Of a DNA stretch of 64,000 bases, positions 57,278 through 64,000 are shown one piece after another; the first letter of the stretch is position 1, and each line of letters begins with the position of its first letter. Under the pieces are notes generated by a model. That model did not search any database. It had not been told where the DNA came from and saw nothing but the letters and a program-made list of their open reading frames with translations. The translations under genes and the position numbers were made by a program. Location of the stretch: IMG/VR virus record IMGVR_UViG_3300042882_000327, positions 1-64,000 of that record; one strand, 5' to 3'. This DNA comes from a virus.

Positions 57278-58672
57278 TTAAAATTTAGCGAGTCTAGTAA
57301 TCTTGTTAACATAAGATTCGATTAAGGGATCGACTACTTTAGTCGTATTGTCTTCATCGATTTCAATCATGTCGTTTAAAGAATCTGTAGATGCTGTTCT
57401 GATTTCTGTTGGGAAATAGCTTTCCTTGATAGAAACTAATTTTTCTGAAAAATCTTCTTCAGAAACGAACTCAACATTCTTAGCTAGTGCTCTAACTTTC
57501 TCAGCTTGAGATAGTGTTAGACCTTCACATGCTAGATGAACTACTTCTTCTTTTCTGTGTTCGGATAGAGACTTCTTTAGATCAATATTCTTTAGATGTT
57601 GTTCATTGATTTGATCTTCTAGCTCTTCAACGCGATCAGCTAGTTGTTCAACGATATCAACTTTATCTTCTGGAATATCAATATAATGTTCTACGAACAC
57701 ATTCTTTAATGCTCCGATGAAATCTTCTACGATCTCAGAACGAAGTCCTTTTTCGATAGCTAATTCATTTTCAGCCATCCAATTTTCAACAACGTAGTCT
57801 AGGTAAGAATCTAGCTTAGATGCAAAATCTTCCTTAACTACTTCTAGAGTTTCTTCAAACTCAGCAATATACTTTTCTTCTAGTTCAGAAGCGATTTCTT
57901 CAACACGAGCTTCAACAGCCGCTTCGAAGATCATAGAAGCCTTTTCTTTGAATTCTTCAGAAAGGTTTTCGCCAGAAAGCATGGCATCAACGTCTTCTTT
58001 AACCTTCATTTTCATTTCGTCTTTCTTTGCTTTTTTTGCTTTCTTATTTTCTTCTTCGTCTTCGTCTTCATCGTCATAGGAATCGCAACTGTCGCCTTCC
58101 ATGATTCTTACTGCTTCGTCTTTATCGCAACCATATTTTTCCATGAAAGATTCATCTTCCATATTTTCTAAGTCTTCCATAACTTCTTCAATGGTAGCTT
58201 CTTCCAATTCTTCCTCTTCTTCGTACTCTTCTTCTTCTTCTCCTTCGCAAGCTGCAACAGCTTTAGGATTGCCTTGCTTCTTGACGGAAGCTAGAGTGGC
58301 CTTAGTACGTTCGCCCTTTTCGGCGGATTTAGAAGTTTCTGGTTCGATTTCTGGGGACTTAGCTAGATCAGAACGACCAGCCTTTTCGCCTGGTTGAGTT
58401 GATAACTTCTTCATTGGTTCGGAACCAACTGGTGGGGTTTTACCCGGAGCAGTTGCTGTAGGAACTCCATTAGTAGGATCTAGAGCACTGTCATCAGTTG
58501 AATAACCATTTCTACCAATATCTTTTGTAGACTGCTGTGGAGCAGTTACGCTTGGCTTATATCCATCTCCGAAAGATGCAGATGGAGCAGCCTTTTTGCT
58601 GGCAGCAAGATTAGCAGAAGCATCACCTTCTAGAATCTTTGCAGCAGCTTCAGATAAATTTAATTTAGACAT
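57278..58672 (-). CDS. 22: prohead core scaffold gp22
   Basis: Motifs LSEEFK.KA..IFEAAV, YL.YVVE.W..EN.LAIE.G, F.EHYID.P; between 21 and 23. Confidence 0.93.
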   Translation of the reverse strand: MSKLNLSEAAAKILEGDASANLAASKKAAPSASFGDGYKPSVTAPQQSTKDIGRNGYSTDDSALDPTNGVPTATAPGKTPPVGSEPMKKLSTQPGEKAGRSDLAKSPEIEPETSKSAEKGERTKATLASVKKQGNPKAVAACEGEEEEEYEEEEELEEATIEEVMEDLENMEDESFMEKYGCDKDEAVRIMEGDSCDSYDDEDEDEEENKKAKKAKKDEMKMKVKEDVDAMLSGENLSEEFKEKASMIFEAAVEARVEEIASELEEKYIAEFEETLEVVKEDFASKLDSYLDYVVENWMAENELAIEKGLRSEIVEDFIGALKNVFVEHYIDIPEDKVDIVEQLADRVEELEDQINEQHLKNIDLKKSLSEHRKEEVVHLACEGLTLSQAEKVRALAKNVEFVSEEDFSEKLVSIKESYFPTEIRTASTDSLNDMIEIDEDNTTKVVDPLIESYVNKITRLAKF

Positions 58673-58712
58673 TTATAATCTCCTTAAATATGCTTAAATA
58701 TATTATATAAGT

Positions 58713-58720
58713 TATTTATA
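58713..58720 (-). promoter_or_regulatory. T4 late promoter for gene 22
   Basis: Exact TATAAATA. Confidence 0.85.
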
Positions 58721-58733
58721 AGAATGGATTTTT

Positions 58734-59399
58734 TTACAATCTATTCATATAGTTTTCAAAAATCTTTAAAGCTACTGCTTCAATATCTTTTGATTTTACT
58801 TTCTTCAATGTTTGCTTCGCTTCTTCTCTGTACTGTTGTACCCAACCTTTGCCATCGACAAACATCCACTCGGCATCTTCCATAATGCCATCAACCCAAC
58901 AGGACAATCCTGATGGTTGTAGAACTGCATCTACACAAGAAATTGTAAAGTCTCCTTGTACAACTTTAATACCATTCTCTCCTTCTTTAATAGAACCTAA
59001 TGCTCTAGAAGAACAACCAAAAGAAACTCCTCCCTCGATTAGAGCTTGTAGTTCTTTTCCTGCGGCGGTTTCTAAAATTTTCGCTTTACCATAAACATCT
59101 CCTTTATCGGAACCTTTTCTTTCCAATCTAAGTTCTGTGATGATGTGAGAAATCTTGCCTTCGGAAATTCTTGGACTATCTTCGTGGCCCAATGTACCAA
59201 CCGCTCTATTACGATCTACATAATCTTCAATATATTTCTCTACCGCTGGAAACATTACGTTTTCTTGATAGATTCTATTGTTTCTGTTAGCAACTCCCCA
59301 TTCCATAAATGGACCTTGGATATAATAATTCTTTTTTCCAGAAGCAGTAGATTCTGTCAAAACTTCAAAATCTTCTATATCTTCTCTTAGTAATTTCAT
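58734..59399 (-). CDS. 21: prohead protease gp21
   Basis: Motifs N.N.R.Y, G.LGH, SH.I, G.SSR.LGS, D.V..PS. Confidence 0.93.
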   Translation of the reverse strand: MKLLREDIEDFEVLTESTASGKKNYYIQGPFMEWGVANRNNRIYQENVMFPAVEKYIEDYVDRNRAVGTLGHEDSPRISEGKISHIITELRLERKGSDKGDVYGKAKILETAAGKELQALIEGGVSFGCSSRALGSIKEGENGIKVVQGDFTISCVDAVLQPSGLSCWVDGIMEDAEWMFVDGKGWVQQYREEAKQTLKKVKSKDIEAVALKIFENYMNRL

Positions 59400-59427
59400 T
59401 TATATTCCTCTTTAATTTGAAATTGTT

Positions 59428-59919
59428 TTATATTGAATCAGAATCCAATTTTTTTAATTGTTTTTTATATAAATTTGGTTCGTGTTCCTTAACTTTTTCT
59501 TTTCTAATGTGAGATAAAGTAGATCTAACAAGCAATGATGGTTTGTATGGCTCGTTTTGTTCTTTGATAGAAGCATGTTTTCTCCATGCAGAATATACAT
59601 CTCTTGTAGAAAATGGAGAAACATCTTTTCCATGTGGAGAAAGAACTATATCTTCATGTCCTGGTTTTTTATATACTTTATGACTTGTCTTATTTTGTCT
59701 AGCAAATCTATAACCAATACCAGTCAATATATTATGAGCTTGTGAAAATTTCATAATTGTTGGTCTATTACTCGTCAACATAGAAGAAGATATATCAATT
59801 CTTTTTTCTTGTAATTTTAAACATATTTTTTCTTTAATAATATCTTCTAATATGATATTAGCCCGATCTATATCATTTTCTACCAAACAATTTATTAAAT
59901 TTTTTATTTTTTCGGACAT
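59428..59919 (-). CDS. prohead-core-like (gp67/68-type) N-terminal helix fused to a HicA-like domain
   Basis: Residues 1-48 parallel the N-terminus of 61277..62176; residues 56-114 MKFSQ..IL..IGY.F.RQ..SH.VYK.PG...IV..PH.KD match the HicA pattern. Confidence 0.7.
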   Translation of the reverse strand: MSEKIKNLINCLVENDIDRANIILEDIIKEKICLKLQEKRIDISSSMLTSNRPTIMKFSQAHNILTGIGYRFARQNKTSHKVYKKPGHEDIVLSPHGKDVSPFSTRDVYSAWRKHASIKEQNEPYKPSLLVRSTLSHIRKEKVKEHEPNLYKKQLKKLDSDSI

Positions 59920-59931
59920 TTTTAAATTACC

Positions 59932-60354
59932 TTAAATCGTTGCTAATTGAAAATGCATACCATCTGGTTTTTTCCAATAACCACCCCATGCAAATCCCGC
60001 ATCTGTAAAACATTTTACTAATTCCGGAGACATGGTTGGGGGTTTTCCAAATCTATTCCATGCAGCATTGATATCAATAGCAATTCCCCAAGAATGGAGA
60101 GACATTGATTTCGCCCCACGTTTTGATCTAATATTAAAACAACCATCCCATGTTTTGAGTTGGTCTGTTAGTCCTCTATGTAATATATTTTCAAATGCAT
60201 TTGTTAAAGGAATTATCATATCTTTATTACAATAAATCTTTTTTGGGATAACTCCTACGTGTAAATAATTTGGAACGACCCAAAGAGTCATATTAGACTC
60301 TTTAAATGGGTTTCCATATTTTTTCCAACATTGTTCAGAAGTCACCAAAGACAT
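59932..60354 (-). CDS. M15 family Zn peptidoglycan peptidase
   Basis: Motifs G.FN.R, S.HSWG.AID.N, F.WGG.W...D.MHFQ. Confidence 0.88.
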   Translation of the reverse strand: MSLVTSEQCWKKYGNPFKESNMTLWVVPNYLHVGVIPKKIYCNKDMIIPLTNAFENILHRGLTDQLKTWDGCFNIRSKRGAKSMSLHSWGIAIDINAAWNRFGKPPTMSPELVKCFTDAGFAWGGYWKKPDGMHFQLATI

Positions 60355-60355
60355 A

Positions 60356-60880
60356 TTATTCTCCGGTCATTATTACCAAGTTGGTATTTGCACCAATAGC
60401 AGTAACATTAGCTCTCATATAAGCCCAGCCTGGTTTTAGTGTGATATATGTAGTATTGCCAGAATCTGATCCATGAGTTACAGTATTCGAAGCAATCCAA
60501 TGATTTCCATCCAAGGAAACATCAACTTTATATGAAGCACCGCCAGTACCATTTACATAAGATTGTACAATAGTATCGGTTCCGGTTGCTCTTGGTAAAG
60601 TATGTTCTGGCTTTGTTCCAGTTTGTCCGGATAAAAATCCATTAATACAATAATTATCAATTCCTTGCATATGTTTATTGCATTGAACTGTAAATGTATT
60701 TGAGGATGTTACTGTTGCAGTTGCTGTATACGCATCATAACTTGCACCAGATGTTAATGTGACTTCTGCTCCTGTAAATAATCCGTGATTATTGGCTGTT
60801 ATAGTGATGACATTATTAGTATAAGTAAATGAATTTACTGGAAAAAATTGTTTAATGTATCTTACTCGTGAAACGCTCAT
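60356..60880 (-). CDS. putative virion structural protein
   Basis: T/G/S/N-rich; HGL..G..V, V...NTFT and S.DG..W motifs. Confidence 0.6.
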   Translation of the reverse strand: MSVSRVRYIKQFFPVNSFTYTNNVITITANNHGLFTGAEVTLTSGASYDAYTATATVTSSNTFTVQCNKHMQGIDNYCINGFLSGQTGTKPEHTLPRATGTDTIVQSYVNGTGGASYKVDVSLDGNHWIASNTVTHGSDSGNTTYITLKPGWAYMRANVTAIGANTNLVIMTGE

Positions 60881-61273
60881 TTATGTTTCCTTATTAAATT
60901 TATCTACAGAATATTTTAACATCTGTAAAAAGTTAGTTTCTGATTCAAGTATATATTCTTCAAATTCTACCTTACCATCGGAAATGGATTCATATAATTC
61001 TAGAATAGACTTTGAACATTCTTCGTTAATATTCAATGTAGAACCATCATGAAAATATAATGGTTCTACTTCTTCTATGGATTTTAACTGTTCTATGATA
61101 GAAAAATCGCATTCCATTAGTTCTAGGCCATTCTTCTCGTAATTTAAAGAAAAATACTTTTTTAACTGTTCGCAAAAATACAAAGCAACTTTTTGACCTC
61201 CCGGAAAGGTCTGAATAGCAGTTCTTCTCAGAACTAGATTTACAGGAGGTTCTCTAAAAGTTTTCTTTTTCAT
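60881..61273 (-). CDS. conserved T4-like head-region protein
   Basis: PP..LVL.R..I..FP.GQ.VALY motif; lies between 20 and 21. Confidence 0.65.
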   Translation of the reverse strand: MKKKTFREPPVNLVLRRTAIQTFPGGQKVALYFCEQLKKYFSLNYEKNGLELMECDFSIIEQLKSIEEVEPLYFHDGSTLNINEECSKSILELYESISDGKVEFEEYILESETNFLQMLKYSVDKFNKET

Positions 61274-61276
61274 TTA

Positions 61277-62176
61277 TTATTCTTCTACTTCTTCATTAGT
61301 AGCTTTCTTCTTTGCGGCATAATATGCACCAAGAGCCATTTGTCTTCTTTCTTCTTTAGATTTTCCTTCAAATCTGGAATCGTCAGAATGGACAAAATCT
61401 TTAATCCAAGCAGAAACGCCATCAGAAACTGATAATTTTTCTTCCAATTCTTCAGATTCTTTTCTAATCATTTTAAAATCTTGAGAATCTAATCTTCCGT
61501 TTTTATTTTTATCCAGTTTACGCTGTTTTCCTATAAGTTTTTCTTCTAAAGATTCATTAGCAGATTTTTCGGATGCAATTTTTACACCATGATATGTGTG
61601 GTCTGGAAATTTTGTATGCATTATTTTAATAGCTTTATCATTGGCATGTTTTGTAGTTTTTGCTTTAACTTCAAAATCGTGTCTATTACTTCGGTCATCA
61701 TGCGGACTATTAGAAGCATATCCTGTAAATTTGAAAGTGGCTTCTTCCAAAGATTCATTAGCAGATTTTTTTAAATATCTTTGCATATACCAATCAGGAG
61801 TACCATTGTTTTTTCTCCAATATAAAACACCAGAAGCATCATTTACTTGATCTAAATATTTTGCTTCTGCTTTGTCTCCAGAAATTGTACCATGTGTTCT
61901 CATGGCTTTTGCAGCTTCGCCAGCATCTTTCATGATAAATCTTAGTTGATCATCAGATTTACTGTGATATTCGTGGCCTTCTAATGGATGTTGTTTAGAT
62001 TTTCTGGCTTCTTCCAAAGATTCATTAGTATTCATGAATGATTGAGCAACTTCAATTCTTTTTGATTCTAGAGCATCAACAATTTTAGATTGAATGGCCG
62101 CTGTAATTGATGCTTGCATATCAGCAATATTATCGGACGAAGCATATTCAATAGCGTTTTTAATGTTTTCTTCCAT
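61277..62176 (-). CDS. gp67-like prohead core protein, modular
   Basis: Directly after the portal gene; N-terminal core helix, EF-hand-like DKNKNGRLDSQDF, repeated NESLEE linkers. Confidence 0.75.
   Translation of the reverse strand: MEENIKNAIEYASSDNIADMQASITAAIQSKIVDALESKRIEVAQSFMNTNESLEEARKSKQHPLEGHEYHSKSDDQLRFIMKDAGEAAKAMRTHGTISGDKAEAKYLDQVNDASGVLYWRKNNGTPDWYMQRYLKKSANESLEEATFKFTGYASNSPHDDRSNRHDFEVKAKTTKHANDKAIKIMHTKFPDHTYHGVKIASEKSANESLEEKLIGKQRKLDKNKNGRLDSQDFKMIRKESEELEEKLSVSDGVSAWIKDFVHSDDSRFEGKSKEERRQMALGAYYAAKKKATNEEVEE
61541..62028. repeat. three dispersed direct repeats encoding (SA/T)NESLEE
   Basis: 61541-61569 vs 61742-61770 match at 28/29 nt; 61738-61761 and 62005-62028 are identical over 24 nt. 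Confidence 0.9.
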
Positions 62177-62219
62177 TTAAGATTCCTCTTAATATTAGTT
62201 ATTAATTATTAGTTATTTA

Positions 62220-63881
62220 TTACTGTTGTATATTATACGGATTATTATTTCTTGATGTCGATTGTTGTGGTTGTTGCGATTGTTCTTGCTCTGCTCCAGC
62301 ATCTATTTGTTGATCTGGTTGTGGCATTAACTTATTAGTAAGTTCCGCAGCTTGCGCCTGAAGAGTAATTTGCTTTTCTTGATCTTCGGATTGCTGTGTA
62401 AAGTCGGTGATTCTTTCTTCTGCAATTTCCTCGTCCATCAACTTCATTTCTTCTTCGTTCAAACGAAGAATATTTTCTCTAATCCATTTCTTAGAATAAT
62501 ATTTACCAACAAAAGGATCTACTGTAGCTAGAATATTTAACCTTTCGGTCATTAATTCGGATTCTTTCAATTCTACGAAATTATTATCAACCGTAAAATC
62601 GAAATAAATGTCTTGTTTAAATTGTTCCCATTCTTCTTCTGTGCAAATTCCTTTTAGAACTAACTGCACTCTCATAGCTTGATAGAAAATATCAGAGAAT
62701 TTCTTCCTTAGTTTATCAACAAATTTAGAGAATTTTAATTCATCTCTAGTAATTTCCATTGAACGTCCAATGGATACTGCTTGACCCGGATCTAGTCTTG
62801 TAACAGGAACATTCAATGATTTATATAGTTTTTGCTGGAAATATTCCACCATTGCCATATCATTGAAATTGTCTGTCGATTGAAGGGTGGTAATTTCCGT
62901 GCCTTTTCCCCCATCAGAACGACGAGGTAGCCAAAAATCTTCCAACATGGAAAGATGTCTTCTATCATCTCTAACTTCGCCGGTGTTCGCATCATATACC
63001 AATTTATTTTTATATTTGGTCATGATATCACGAACATATTGTTCGGCTTTTTGTTTAGGTAAATTACCAACATCAATATAGAACACTCTTCTTTGTGGTG
63101 CTCTAGAAATTTTGTAAATGACTGAAGCATCTTCAATCATTCGTAATTGGTTTAATGGTTTAATTGCTTTATGTAAATAACTCAATACCATCGATCTTCT
63201 AGGGTCCATTAATCCCGAAGTGACGTAAATTATTGAATCTGTTGCTATTTTTACTCCAAGAGTAGTTAGACTTTGTGTTACCTTGTCATTATAGACGTAG
63301 TATTCTTCCACTTTATCAATTAGATCGACACCAGTTTGCGGGTCTTTTACTTTTTTGATTTGCCTAACTTTTTTAATTCTTCTTGGGTCGATATATCGTA
63401 ATTCGAGAATTCCCTTTTGGGGATTATTAACATCAATAATAATTTGATAAAATAAACGTCCATCGACATAATATCTTCTGAATATATCAGAAGACATATT
63501 ACTATAGTTTAGTAGTCTCTGGACGTTATCGAATTCGTCATAAATGGCTTTTTTGATTTTGTCTGATTGCTTTAAATCGTCTGTTACTAATTTAATGCTT
63601 TTACCATCGTCATCATTAACGATAGCTTCGTTAACAACATCTTCGATGGCAGCTTCAATTTCGGGTTGCATACTCATCTCTCTATAACGAGTGATAAGTT
63701 CAATTTCGTTTTTAGCAACGCCTTCGACATCTATAGATGCAGAACCAAAGAATGCCGAAGAAGATATAGTAAGAGAACCATCATCGTCAGGTGGTTGGAC
63801 AAAGGTTTTATTATCTACTTCCTCTTCGGATTTTCTTCGAATTTTAAATCCAAATAAAGAAAAACTATTTTTATCAGCCAT
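62220..63881 (-). CDS. 20: portal protein gp20
   Basis: Motifs LFGF.I, YR.M...PE, Y.DGR, SYLHKAIK..NQL.M.EDA, RAP.RR.FYIDVGNLP, EDFWLPRR. Confidence 0.97.
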   Translation of the reverse strand: MADKNSFSLFGFKIRRKSEEEVDNKTFVQPPDDDGSLTISSSAFFGSASIDVEGVAKNEIELITRYREMSMQPEIEAAIEDVVNEAIVNDDDGKSIKLVTDDLKQSDKIKKAIYDEFDNVQRLLNYSNMSSDIFRRYYVDGRLFYQIIIDVNNPQKGILELRYIDPRRIKKVRQIKKVKDPQTGVDLIDKVEEYYVYNDKVTQSLTTLGVKIATDSIIYVTSGLMDPRRSMVLSYLHKAIKPLNQLRMIEDASVIYKISRAPQRRVFYIDVGNLPKQKAEQYVRDIMTKYKNKLVYDANTGEVRDDRRHLSMLEDFWLPRRSDGGKGTEITTLQSTDNFNDMAMVEYFQQKLYKSLNVPVTRLDPGQAVSIGRSMEITRDELKFSKFVDKLRKKFSDIFYQAMRVQLVLKGICTEEEWEQFKQDIYFDFTVDNNFVELKESELMTERLNILATVDPFVGKYYSKKWIRENILRLNEEEMKLMDEEIAEERITDFTQQSEDQEKQITLQAQAAELTNKLMPQPDQQIDAGAEQEQSQQPQQSTSRNNNPYNIQQ

Positions 63882-63917
63882 GAATACCTCTAATTACATA
63901 ACAAAAAAATACAAATA

Positions 63918-64000
63918 TTAGATAAAATCAGTGGTTTCTATATGCTGCCACCAGTTCATCGCAAAAGTAACAGAAAATTCTGCAATTCTGTCATTATCGC
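63918..64000 (-). CDS. 19: tail tube protein gp19, C-terminal end (partial)
   Basis: Hand-translated ...DNDRIAEFSVTFAMNWWQHIETTDFI*, upstream of gene 20. Confidence 0.8.
   Translation of the reverse strand, partial: DNDRIAEFSVTFAMNWWQHIETTDFI

Noticed and set aside
58040-58250. Glu/Asp-rich low-complexity repeats in gp22
   Set aside because: Ordinary for T4-like scaffold proteins, which carry many protease sites.
61541-62028. CRISPR-like or DGR repeat array
   Set aside because: Spacing is 200-270 nt, the repeats are in-frame coding linkers, and no cas or reverse transcriptase gene is present.
230-63921. All plus-strand ORFs and nested short minus-strand ORFs in the track
   Set aside because: They are shadows of well-supported minus-strand genes and have no motifs or ribosome-binding context.
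1-64000. Stop-codon reassignment, tRNA genes or group I introns
   Set aside because: Core genes are full length in the standard code with all three stops in use; I saw no cloverleaf in the short intergenic gaps, and nrdA, nrdB, thyX and 43 are uninterrupted.

Overview
A 64-kb segment of an AT-rich T4-like (Tevenvirinae/cyanophage-type architecture) myovirus genome. Every credible gene is on the minus strand and reads in the standard code. In transcription order (right to left) it holds the gp19 end, the head module (gp20, prohead-core-like genes, gp21, gp22, gp23), gp3, uvsY, uvsW, gp55, a complete FtsH protease, gp47/46, peptide deformylase, ligase, clamp/clamp loader, regA, hsp20, gp43, uvsX, gp41, a ~13-kb nucleotide-sugar/glycosyltransferase cluster, late virion genes, a GH19 lysis region, primase, thyX, mazG, nrdAB and RNase H. 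The FtsH looks proteobacterial, which suggests a proteobacterial host (inference). Main observations: (1) a HicA-like RNase domain fused to a prohead-core-like helix, next to a prohead-core polyprotein whose modules are separated by repeated NESLEE linkers, together suggesting head-packaged, protease-released cargo; (2) uvsX fractured by a naturally split intein with a decayed homing-endonuclease remnant between the halves; (3) genes consistent with a C4-branched 3,6-dideoxysugar pathway and a GDP-colitose pathway; (4) a ROSE-like RNA thermometer ahead of hsp20. All calls come from motif recognition by eye; no searches were run.
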